DNA from: Fidelibacterota bacterium
Lineage (GTDB): Bacteria; Fidelibacterota; Marinisomatia; SCGC-AAA003-L08; D37C17
NCBI GenBank assembly: GCA_036338305.1
Contig: JAYZCM010000052.1
Coordinates: 1 to 23,417, forward strand
Direction: 5' to 3'
Length of the DNA stretch: 23,417 nt
Part shown: piece by piece, positions 1 to 7,715 of the stretch
How positions within the stretch are numbered: position 1 is the stretch's first letter
How the letters are laid out: each line of letters starts with the position of its first letter
Notes under the pieces: model-generated
The model's input: the letters and a program-made list of their open reading frames with translations, nothing else
The model's database searches: none
Told to the model about the DNA's origin: nothing
Made by a program: the position numbers and the translations under genes

Positions 1-892
1 AAAGTGGAAAACCATTCAATAAACGTACAATACCATCATCAGACAACTTCATGCGACAATCAGTAAAACTATACGCCTTTTCATCAAGAATGACTTCCAT
101 TGTCCTATCAAAGGAATGAGATGCTCCCGGATAAACTGTCAAACCAATTTCATAGCCCGACGATTTTGCGACATCAACTAATTCTTCGCACGCTGCAGCG
201 GGCACCCAATCATCTAATTCACCTGCCAATATGTGAATTGGCACATCATTAAATCGCAATTCATCTGGCATTATCATGCATGGCGGATAAAACGGGAGAT
301 GCGCTGCAAACTTATAATCAGGAGATATGAGTTCTTGTATTGGCGACCATGCAGAAAACAATGTAACACCACCACCTAAGCTCCACCCAGTAAGGCCAGC
401 ACGATTAACATCGATTTGAGGATCATCTGACAATGTTTTTAGGGCCATGAACGCATCATAAATCATCATTGGCATGGTTACTGAAACCTGTTCACCAACA
501 GTTGACTCTACCTTGCGACTTTTAAAACTATGCAATGAAAAAGTAGCAAAACCCATGTTGAGATATCTATCAAGATAGCCATAATGATGCTCACCCCATC
601 CAGCGCTACCTGCAACACCCATTATGATGGGAAATACATCTTCCCCATTAGGCTTTGTCAATACCCCAAACACTTTCTGGTCTGCCACATTTTCCATGTT
701 TTTAAAAATATCATGGAAATTAAATGGATTTTTACTATCAAAAACAATTATCTCTTGATTGTCTTTTAACGTGGATCGTGCTACAGATAGAGCTTCTGAA
801 ATATCGATGGATTCATAATTGGGTGCAAGAGATATAAAATAAGCACAAGCTAGAAAAACCATCAAAACCATTAGTAATATTATTTTTTTCAT
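1..892 (-). CDS. Secreted alpha/beta hydrolase, dienelactone-hydrolase-like (N-terminal ~297 codons; C-terminus lies beyond the window edge)
   Basis: This ORF is missing from the supplied track because it is open to the window edge. A reverse-strand ATG at 892..890 is followed by an uninterrupted frame down to position 2. My translation: MKKIILLMVLMVFLACAYFISLAPNYES...IIMGVAGSAGWGEHHYGYLDRYLNMGFATFSLHSF...NRAGLTGWSLGGGVTLFSAW...IHILAGELDDWVP...VYPGASHSFD. It has a hydrophobic signal peptide (Cys16 in FLAC, or an A-x-A cleavage context ACA). It has a GxSxG nucleophile elbow (GWSLGG), followed by Asp (DDW) and His (SHSF) in alpha/beta-hydrolase triad order. The start overlaps the leuS stop as ATGA (889..892). 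Confidence 0.6.
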   Translation of the reverse strand, partial: MKKIILLMVLMVFLACAYFISLAPNYESIDISEALSVARSTLKDNQEIIVFDSKNPFNFHDIFKNMENVADQKVFGVLTKPNGEDVFPIIMGVAGSAGWGEHHYGYLDRYLNMGFATFSLHSFKSRKVESTVGEQVSVTMPMMIYDAFMALKTLSDDPQIDVNRAGLTGWSLGGGVTLFSAWSPIQELISPDYKFAAHLPFYPPCMIMPDELRFNDVPIHILAGELDDWVPAAACEELVDVAKSSGYEIGLTVYPGASHSFDRTMEVILDEKAYSFTDCRMKLSDDGIVRLLNGFPL

Positions 893-3291
893 TTGACTAC
901 GAAATTAACCAACCTTTCTGGGACAACTATTTCTTTTATTATTTGCTTACCATCCATGTGCAAGGCAACATTATCTTGAGACTTTGCCAGCACAATAAGC
1001 TCTTCTTTATCAACGTTTTTGGCAACCTCAATCGTGCCTCTCAATTTCCCGTTTACCTGAACGGCCATTGACACGGTACTATCTATGATTAAACCCTCAT
1101 CATGATCAGGAAAATTTTCATCAAAAACGCTACCCTCTCCACCATTAATCTCCCAAAGCTCCTCAGCAACATGAGGCACTAAAGGTGCAATTATCTTGAT
1201 GATCATTTTCTTCAAGTCATCATCAATAGTGTCATGATTTGAAAAATGGTTCATGCACTCCATTAGCCTGCTTATGGCAGTATTAAATTTCATTAAAGAT
1301 AAATCATTATTTACAGATTTTATTGTTTTATGAATGATTTTAAGATCCTCCTCTGACGTACTAGGTGAGCCAGGCAATTGACAGAATTTCCATATTTTTG
1401 CAATGAAACGGCTTATGCCCGTTATCCCTTTGTCATTCCAATCACCCCCTTCATCAAAAGGCCCCATGAACATCAGGTAAGCACGAAATGTATCTGATCC
1501 ATACTTTTTAATGAATTCATCCGGAGCTACCGTGTTTCCGCGCGATTTGGACATTTTAGAACCATCTTTGGTTATTGTGCCTTGATGATACAAGCGTAAA
1601 AAGGGTTCATCAAAATCAAGATAGCCAAAATCTCTCAACGCTTTTGTCACGAACCTTGCATAAAGCAAATGCATGGTAGCATGCTCTGCCCCTCCAATGT
1701 AAGTATCAACAGGAAGCCATTTTAGACCTTCGGGATCAAAGGGACCGCCTTCATAAGATGCATTTGGATATCTTAAATAATACCATGAAGAACAAACGAA
1801 TGTATCCATGGTATCTGCATCTCTCTTTGCATCTTTCCCACATTTTGGACATTGGACATTGATAAATGATTCAGATGTTGCAAGCGGAGACAAATCCTCA
1901 CCATATGTCTCTGATAACTCCAAGTCATCTGGCAACATTACAGGAAGCTCATCGTTAGATACGGGAACTCCACCGCAATCTTGACAATGAATAATGGGTA
2001 TGGGAGCCCCCCAATACCTCTGCCTACTTATGAGCCAATCATGCAGCTTATACTGAGTTGTTTTGCTACCACATTTTAGATCAATTAATTTTTGATTTAT
2101 TATTTCCTTCGCCTCACTCGTTGTTTTACCAGTACAGTCACCAGAATTAATAGCAATACCTTCACCAGTAAAACAATTATCATTTCCATGAATTTTACCA
2201 TCGGAAGAAACTACCTCAACTATTGGAAGTTCATATTTCTTTGCAAATTCAAAATCCCTTTCATCACCAGAAGGTACAGCCATGATAGCGCCGGTGCCAT
2301 AGCTAATGACCACATAATCAGCGATCCATATAGGAATTAGCTCTTTGGTAATTGGATTAACGGCATGCGCACCGGTAAAAACTCCTGTCTTATTTTTATC
2401 AATGGAAGTTCGCTCTATCTCACTCTTTCTATTTGCCTCTTCTACATAATTTTTTACGTTTTCCAAATTTTCCATGCTAGTAATGACATTTACCAAAGGA
2501 TGCTCTGGAGCCAATACCATGTATGTTGCGCCATATATCGTGTCTGGCCTGGTTGTAAAAACTTCAATTTCACGGGCATGGTCATTGACTTGAAATTTAA
2601 TTTTTGCCCCAATGCTTTTTCCTATCCAATTTCTTTGCATATGTTTGGTTTTTTCTGGCCAATCAAGGGTCTCTAACTGCTCCAATAATTCATCAGCATA
2701 ATCAGTTATTTTAAAAAACCATTGAGTCAGATTTTTCTTTGTAACATCTTTCTTGCACCTTTCACAAGCACCCTCTTTAACTTGTTCATTGGCAAGCACG
2801 GTCGCACAACTTGGGCACCAGTTTACAGGCGCATTCTTTTGATAGGCCAATCCTTTTTCATACAATAATAAAAACAACCACTGCGTCCACTTGTAGTATT
2901 CAGGGGAACTTGTATTTATTTCATTGTCCCAGTCATACATGGCTCCAATGGAAAATAACTGATCCTTCATTGTCCTTATATTTGAAGCAGTACTTTTTGC
3001 AGGATGAACCCCATGCTTAATTGCATAATTCTCTGCAGGCAACCCAAATGCATCGAACCCTTGAGGCTGAAACACCTCCCTACCTCGCATTTTCATGTAT
3101 CTTGCATATGAATCTGCCGGGCCATAATTATACCAATGGCCAATGTGCAGCTTATCACCAGAGGGATAACTAAACATCGTCAAATTATAAAATTTTTCAC
3201 CTACATTTGACGGCAATTGAGTTTTTTTCAAAGCTTTTTTCCAACGATCCTGCCACTTCCTCTCAATATCTAAAAAATTATATTCAATCAT
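889..3291 (-). CDS. leuS: Leucyl-tRNA synthetase
   Basis: Class I signatures HIGH (KLHIGHWYNY) and KMSKS (GSKMSKSRGN) are present. Zinc-knuckle pairs are present (CPSCATV...CERC and CQDCGG...CPKCGK). There is a large editing-domain-sized insertion. The N-terminus MIEYNFLDIERKWQDRW is typical of LeuRS. The track ORF start at 3312 is a TTG; the ATG at 3291..3289 (MIEYNF...) is the more plausible start. Confidence 0.96.
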   Translation of the reverse strand: MIEYNFLDIERKWQDRWKKALKKTQLPSNVGEKFYNLTMFSYPSGDKLHIGHWYNYGPADSYARYMKMRGREVFQPQGFDAFGLPAENYAIKHGVHPAKSTASNIRTMKDQLFSIGAMYDWDNEINTSSPEYYKWTQWLFLLLYEKGLAYQKNAPVNWCPSCATVLANEQVKEGACERCKKDVTKKNLTQWFFKITDYADELLEQLETLDWPEKTKHMQRNWIGKSIGAKIKFQVNDHAREIEVFTTRPDTIYGATYMVLAPEHPLVNVITSMENLENVKNYVEEANRKSEIERTSIDKNKTGVFTGAHAVNPITKELIPIWIADYVVISYGTGAIMAVPSGDERDFEFAKKYELPIVEVVSSDGKIHGNDNCFTGEGIAINSGDCTGKTTSEAKEIINQKLIDLKCGSKTTQYKLHDWLISRQRYWGAPIPIIHCQDCGGVPVSNDELPVMLPDDLELSETYGEDLSPLATSESFINVQCPKCGKDAKRDADTMDTFVCSSWYYLRYPNASYEGGPFDPEGLKWLPVDTYIGGAEHATMHLLYARFVTKALRDFGYLDFDEPFLRLYHQGTITKDGSKMSKSRGNTVAPDEFIKKYGSDTFRAYLMFMGPFDEGGDWNDKGITGISRFIAKIWKFCQLPGSPSTSEEDLKIIHKTIKSVNNDLSLMKFNTAISRLMECMNHFSNHDTIDDDLKKMIIKIIAPLVPHVAEELWEINGGEGSVFDENFPDHDEGLIIDSTVSMAVQVNGKLRGTIEVAKNVDKEELIVLAKSQDNVALHMDGKQIIKEIVVPERLVNFVVK

Positions 3292-3339
3292 AAGTCTATT
3301 ATTTTTAAACAATTTAATCTTTTCATATAAAGTAAAATA

Positions 3340-4938
3340 TTATATCCTTCCATTTAAGAAATATGTCTGCATCACTCCTTTTCCAGGAATTTCCATTTTA
3401 TCACATTTGGTAAAATTAAATGTTTCTTTCAAATGTTTGAATGTAGATTCTGAAACATGGATTTTATTACTCTCACCAGAAGTCTCCATTCTGCTCGCCA
3501 CATTTACCGTATCCCCCCATAAATCATAAACGAACTTCTTCTTCCCTATGACACCAGCTGACAGTGGTCCTGAATTCATCCCTATTCTAATGTTCAACTT
3601 CTTATTGATGTCATCACTTATCCCCGGCATCACAGAGACCATGTCAATGGCCATCAAGGCCACGGAAGTCGCATGATCCTTATTTGGATTAGGAATTCCT
3701 CCAGCAAGCATATAATTATCACCTATAGTCTTAATCTTCTCCAAAGAGTATTTGTTTAATATTTCATCAAATTCAGAAAATACCCGATTTAATATTAAAA
3801 CTAATTCCTTTGCCGTTATCTCATTGGAAAGCGAAGTAAAATTAGGTATGTCTGCAAATAAAACTGTCGCATCTTCTATGTCATCTGCAATCAATGTCTC
3901 ACCATCCTTCAAGCGATCAGCTGTACTGCTGGGCAATATGTTTAAGAGAAGATTATCTGATTTTTTTTGCTCATGCTTTATTTTCTGTTGATACTTTAGC
4001 TCTTTATCTCTGTAATATTTTTTTTCTAATGCATTATTTAACCTCGCCATCAATAAAATACGATTAACAGGCTTCATCAAAAAATCTTCTGCTCCCGCGT
4101 TAATACAATCAACAATTGCATCGACCTCATCTAAAGCGGACAACATTATGACGGGGATTGAATAAGTAATATCATTAGATTTTAATTTCTTTAAATAATC
4201 AATTCCATTAATTTCCGGCATTATGAGATCAAGCAAAATGACATCAATATCTTTATTATCCTGTATTGCATTTTCAGCCTCTCTAACAGAAGACACTGCA
4301 ATTACTTCATGATTAGAATTTGTTAGATTTTTTGTTAATATCTCCAAATTACTAGGCTCATCATCAATAATTAATATTGTACCTGTTCTATTAAGGCTTG
4401 TTTTCCCTTTAGCTTCATTATTTATTAATCCAATTGAACTAATATCTTTAACATCATTATGCTTATCGTACTTTACAATCAATTCATCAATAGATAAATT
4501 CCTATAATCATTCAAATCATTTATAAGCTTAAGCAATGCCTTAGATGCTTGGATGATCTTAAACATTATTTGATCAATCTCATTGCAATCTTTTGATTTT
4601 TTATAAGGTTTATCCTCTATGAGGAATTCAGATAAACCTATTATAGTAGTAAGTGAAATACGCAAAGTATATTGAAAATCAGTACTAGAAAAAACATTCT
4701 CCCAATCATCATCATCTCCACCGTTTAATGAAAAAATATTTTTCACATCAATCAAAAGTGTTTTACCTGAAGAAATCATTGAATCTACATCTTTTCTAAA
4801 TCCACTCAAACCATCTCCATCTAATATGTCCAATAGAAGCTCTGAATATCCAATAATGGCATTTATGGGATTAGTTAAATCATGCCTGATTTTACTAATT
4901 ATATTTTGAATTATTTCTTTGCTTGACAACTTTGTCAT
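3340..4938 (-). CDS. Multidomain signalling protein: tandem ATPase-less DHp/HisKA-like repeats, receiver (REC) and class III adenylate cyclase
   Basis: Residues ~8-70 carry an H-box, KIRHDLTNPINAIIGYSELL (His19, codon 4884..4882). Residues ~85-146 carry a degenerate copy, FQYTLRISLTTIIGLSEFLIED (Tyr90 in the His position, codon 4671..4669). No HATPase (N/G1/G2 box) region follows either copy. Residues ~187-302 form a REC domain (DD192-193, D237 in VILLDLIMP, K289 in MKP). Residues ~320-350 form a coiled linker, LLLNILPSSTADRLK. Residues ~355-528 form the class III cyclase core: FADI (D363), EKIKTIGDNYM (K403, D407), YDLWGDTVNVASRME (D472, N479, R483) and IPGKG (K520). Confidence 0.85.
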   Translation of the reverse strand: MTKLSSKEIIQNIISKIRHDLTNPINAIIGYSELLLDILDGDGLSGFRKDVDSMISSGKTLLIDVKNIFSLNGGDDDDWENVFSSTDFQYTLRISLTTIIGLSEFLIEDKPYKKSKDCNEIDQIMFKIIQASKALLKLINDLNDYRNLSIDELIVKYDKHNDVKDISSIGLINNEAKGKTSLNRTGTILIIDDEPSNLEILTKNLTNSNHEVIAVSSVREAENAIQDNKDIDVILLDLIMPEINGIDYLKKLKSNDITYSIPVIMLSALDEVDAIVDCINAGAEDFLMKPVNRILLMARLNNALEKKYYRDKELKYQQKIKHEQKKSDNLLLNILPSSTADRLKDGETLIADDIEDATVLFADIPNFTSLSNEITAKELVLILNRVFSEFDEILNKYSLEKIKTIGDNYMLAGGIPNPNKDHATSVALMAIDMVSVMPGISDDINKKLNIRIGMNSGPLSAGVIGKKKFVYDLWGDTVNVASRMETSGESNKIHVSESTFKHLKETFNFTKCDKMEIPGKGVMQTYFLNGRI

Positions 4939-4946
4939 TTTTTTTT

Positions 4947-5303
4947 CTATGAAAGTTTATTAATCTTAGATAGCAACCTTTCAAAGTCCACAGGCTTAGT
5001 ATCGTATTCATCACAACCAGCAGCTAACGCCTTTTCTCTATCACCATCCATCGCATGAGCAGTCAAAACAATTATGGGTATCTCAGATGTAACTTTGTCA
5101 GATTTTAAAATTTTAACAGCCTCCCATCCATTAATGACAGGCAAGCTTAAATCCATTAATATTAAATCAGGAGACTCCTCTTTAGCCATGTCTATTCCCA
5201 TCTGCCCATCTATTGCGCAAATGACTTTAAATTCTTTTCTTTCCAATCTTCGACTAAGCATGTCTCTATTCAATTCATTATCTTCAACTATCAATATGGT
5301 CAC
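4947..5303 (-). CDS. Stand-alone (single-domain) response-regulator receiver, CheY/DivK-like
   Basis: The 118-aa product is a receiver domain only: ILIVEDNE acidic pocket, phospho-acceptor D51 in LILMDLSLP, LTAH, and DEYDTKPV with the conserved Lys. The start codon is GTG at 5303..5301, preceded by AGGAG six nt upstream. It lies 12 nt after the kinase stop and 8 nt before the cyclase-protein start. Confidence 0.9.
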   Translation of the reverse strand: MTILIVEDNELNRDMLSRRLERKEFKVICAIDGQMGIDMAKEESPDLILMDLSLPVINGWEAVKILKSDKVTSEIPIIVLTAHAMDGDREKALAAGCDEYDTKPVDFERLLSKINKLS

Positions 5304-5315
5304 CCTAATCTCCTA

Positions 5316-7520
5316 TCATATGCGTTTTAAATTACTTTCTTTTACTGCTACATCAATTCGCTTAATTAATTCTTTACGGGTGTACTTACCCTTCTGAATA
5401 ACTTGATCAACATTTGCAGACAAAAAGGAATAATCATCCTCTGATAAGTCTTTTGACGTAATTACCATGACAGGTATGTCTCTATATTTATCAGATTCTT
5501 TAATTTTCCTCAAGAATTCAAAGCCATCCATAACTGGCATTAATAAATCTAACAATATTAATTCAGGCTTTTCCTTTGACATTCTCCCTAAAGCATCTTC
5601 TCCATTTTCAGCCTCTGCAACGCGCCAACCATCTTTTATCAACATTTTTCTAAGTATGACCCTCGTAGTTGAATCATCATCAACAACAAGTATATGTCTA
5701 CTTTGCGCTGTATTTTTATATTTTTCCAGCATTTTTGACAAAGCTGACCATTCAATCGGTTTAGATAAAAAATCAATTATGCCAAAGTCTTCTGCCATTT
5801 TTTGATAATCGCCAATTGTAACTATTATTATTGGAATTTCAGATAGCAATGGAGTACTTTTAATTTTTTTATAAACGGTCCAACCATCAATATCTGGCAT
5901 CACAATGTCTAAAATAATTATGTCAGGTAAAATTTGCCTTGCCTTTACAATACCTTTTTCTCCACTATTAGCCGTATATACTGCATAGCCCTCTTTAGAT
6001 AAACGAGTATTTATTAAATCTAAAAAAATTATGTCATCATCAATAATTAAAATCTTACCATCGTTGCCATCAATATTTTTTTCATCCAAATCAACAGCAA
6101 CATCTTCATTTAAATTATTTTTTGAGACATAATAATCTCGCAATATACTAGCAGTAAAGGTCGCCCCCTCTCCAAGAATACTTTTAACTTTTATACTTCC
6201 ACCCAACAATTCAGTATAAACTTTTGATATTGTCAATCCCAAGCCAGTACTTTTTATCTTCTCATTTTCTTGCTTGTCAGCCTGACTAAATGGTTCAAAT
6301 ATTTCATCTAATTTGTCTTCAGGTATACCTACTCCATTATCTTGAATTATAAAATCAACAAACATTTCGCCATCTACCTCTTTCAAATCAATTTTTAACA
6401 ATATGATACCATCTTCAGAATGCTTGCAAGCATTTGATAATAAATTAAATAATATTTGCCTTATCTTCAATTCATCAGAACGAAGAACAATATCATCATT
6501 TGGCAAATTATGATCTATGACATTATTATTTATTTTTGCATATGGGGCCAATGTTTCTATTACAGTTTTTACAAGATCAGTCAACAAAAAGGAATTGATA
6601 TTAACATCCATCTTACGAACTTCAATTTTTGATAAATCTAAAATATCATTTATCAAAGCAAGCAAATGCTTTCCTGATTTATGAATTTTATTTAAATCAT
6701 TGACAAATCCTGATTGCTGCATTTCTGATGCATCTTCAATTAAAATTTCACAAAATCCAATAATTGCATTTAATGGTGTTCTAAGTTCATGGCTCATGTT
6801 AGCTAAAAATTCAGATTTAGCTTGCGCTGCACTTTCAGCCTTCTCCTTTGCATAAAAAAGCTCTTTTGTCCTATCATCTATTTTTTTCTCAAGATTAGAC
6901 TGATATGCAATTTGATCTTCTTCAAGATGCTTGTTTTCAATAACTATTGCAAGCAATTCAGAAACAAAACTCAGCAAATCTCTATCTTCAAATGTAATCT
7001 CATTATCTTTTTCATAACTTTGAACGACTATTGCACCAATTGTCTTTTCTCCAACAACCAAAGGACATCCCAACCAAAATTCACTAATTGTCCCTTGAGG
7101 CATTATATCCGGACCATCTTCTATTGTAGCATTTGAAAAATCCAATAAATCACTTTTTCCAAATAATATGGGAATACCCTCTAAAATACAATGACACGTT
7201 AGTGATGATTCACCAAAATGCTCAGTAGTACCTTGAAAATCATCATATTCATCCACATAATACGGAAATGAAATTGAATGCTCCTGTTCATCATACAGGG
7301 CTATGAAAAAATTTTTAGCATACATTAGATTACTAATGTTCTCATGTATGGCTTTATATAAATCATTTAAATTGGTAGCTCCATGTGCAACTTTTACTAT
7401 TTCATAAAGTGAAGAATTCCTTAGCTCAGATCGCTTAAGTTGATTTCTTAAATATTTTAAGAACACGCTAGGAAACTTTGTAGATATGTAATGAATATAT
7501 TTTTTAAATATATCTTTCAT
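5316..7520 (-). CDS. Cytoplasmic hybrid sensor histidine kinase (GAF, coiled coil, HisKA, HATPase, REC, REC)
   Basis: The product is 734 aa with no obvious transmembrane segment. Residues ~37-196 are GAF-like (FFIALYDEQEHSISFPYYVDEYDD...IGAIVVQSYE). The H-box is FLANMSHELRTPLNAIIGFCEIL (H244). The N box is LFNLLSNACKHS, the G1 box is QDNGVGIP, and the G2 box is STGLGLTISK. REC1 has IIDDD and D538 (IIILDIVMP). REC2 has VVDDD and D658 (LILLDLLMP). Confidence 0.9.
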   Translation of the reverse strand: MKDIFKKYIHYISTKFPSVFLKYLRNQLKRSELRNSSLYEIVKVAHGATNLNDLYKAIHENISNLMYAKNFFIALYDEQEHSISFPYYVDEYDDFQGTTEHFGESSLTCHCILEGIPILFGKSDLLDFSNATIEDGPDIMPQGTISEFWLGCPLVVGEKTIGAIVVQSYEKDNEITFEDRDLLSFVSELLAIVIENKHLEEDQIAYQSNLEKKIDDRTKELFYAKEKAESAAQAKSEFLANMSHELRTPLNAIIGFCEILIEDASEMQQSGFVNDLNKIHKSGKHLLALINDILDLSKIEVRKMDVNINSFLLTDLVKTVIETLAPYAKINNNVIDHNLPNDDIVLRSDELKIRQILFNLLSNACKHSEDGIILLKIDLKEVDGEMFVDFIIQDNGVGIPEDKLDEIFEPFSQADKQENEKIKSTGLGLTISKVYTELLGGSIKVKSILGEGATFTASILRDYYVSKNNLNEDVAVDLDEKNIDGNDGKILIIDDDIIFLDLINTRLSKEGYAVYTANSGEKGIVKARQILPDIIILDIVMPDIDGWTVYKKIKSTPLLSEIPIIIVTIGDYQKMAEDFGIIDFLSKPIEWSALSKMLEKYKNTAQSRHILVVDDDSTTRVILRKMLIKDGWRVAEAENGEDALGRMSKEKPELILLDLLMPVMDGFEFLRKIKESDKYRDIPVMVITSKDLSEDDYSFLSANVDQVIQKGKYTRKELIKRIDVAVKESNLKRI

Positions 7521-7715
7521 GGTTTTTTATCTTACAAAATAAATGATTAATAAATTAAATATAATTTAATACAATTTAAACTCATTCTTGCTTTCTAAAT
7601 AAAATATAATCATTAACATTTTCAAATTATTATTTATTTATTGTAATTTACACACATCAAAAAACACACCGCATATTATTATTCTAACAACTATAAAATC
7701 ACATAAGAGGACTGT
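7521..7715. promoter_or_regulatory. Divergent AT-rich control region between the kinase operon (minus) and motA (plus)
   Basis: This is the largest non-coding gap in the window (195 nt) and it separates two divergently oriented start codons. It contains the motA Shine-Dalgarno AAGAGGA (7705..7711, 4 nt before the ATG). Several -35/-10-like hexamer pairs can be drawn, for example TTCAAA-N17-TAATTT on the plus strand and TTGTAT-N17-ATTAAT on the minus strand. None is distinctive in DNA this AT-rich, so exact promoter positions are not supported. Confidence 0.4.

Noticed and set aside
584-3020. Plus-strand track ORFs 584..769, 2092..2340, 2365..2676 and 2811..3020
   Set aside because: All lie entirely antisense within the hydrolase and leuS coding regions, whose own products have clear family signatures. 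Their translations are low-complexity and Cys/Phe/Ile-rich with no recognisable motifs. They are shadow ORFs.
3340-4938. Cyclase as a Pycsar (cCMP/cUMP) or CBASS-type defence cyclase
   Set aside because: The specificity residues are the adenine-type Lys/Asp pair. The domain is fused to a receiver, as in ordinary signalling cyclases. No adjacent effector with a cyclic-nucleotide-binding domain plus TIR, transmembrane or nuclease module is present. CBASS cyclases belong to a different (CD-NTase) fold.
3752-7136. Plus-strand track ORFs 3752..3991, 5074..5397, 5467..5805 and 6822..7136
   Set aside because: They are antisense to the cyclase, receiver and kinase genes. They have no motifs, no ribosome-binding sites and odd composition (Ser/Phe/Ile-rich). 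They are shadow ORFs of strongly supported minus-strand genes.
6933-7412. cAMP-binding GAF domain giving product feedback onto the kinase (as in cyanobacterial CyaB1)
   Set aside because: cNMP-binding GAF domains carry the NKFDE signature (NK...F-x3-DE). The nearest string here is AKNFFIALYDE, which has the wrong order and spacing. The GAF ligand is therefore unknown and feedback is unsupported.
7554-7570. Perfect 17-bp palindrome ATTAAAT-ATA-ATTTAAT, plus a nearby AATTTAA direct repeat, in the divergent control region as an operator
   Set aside because: It is composed only of A and T in a region that is almost entirely A/T, so such palindromes are expected by chance. It matches no known operator consensus. 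It is worth testing only if conserved in orthologous intergenic regions.
7642-7657. CRP-like site (TGTAA TTTAC ACACA) upstream of motA, which would tie motAB to the cAMP operon
   Set aside because: The half-site spacing is 5 rather than 6. The left half has a mismatch at the critical G (TGTAA versus TGTGA) and the right half is 4/5. No crp gene is in the window. The match is too weak to call.
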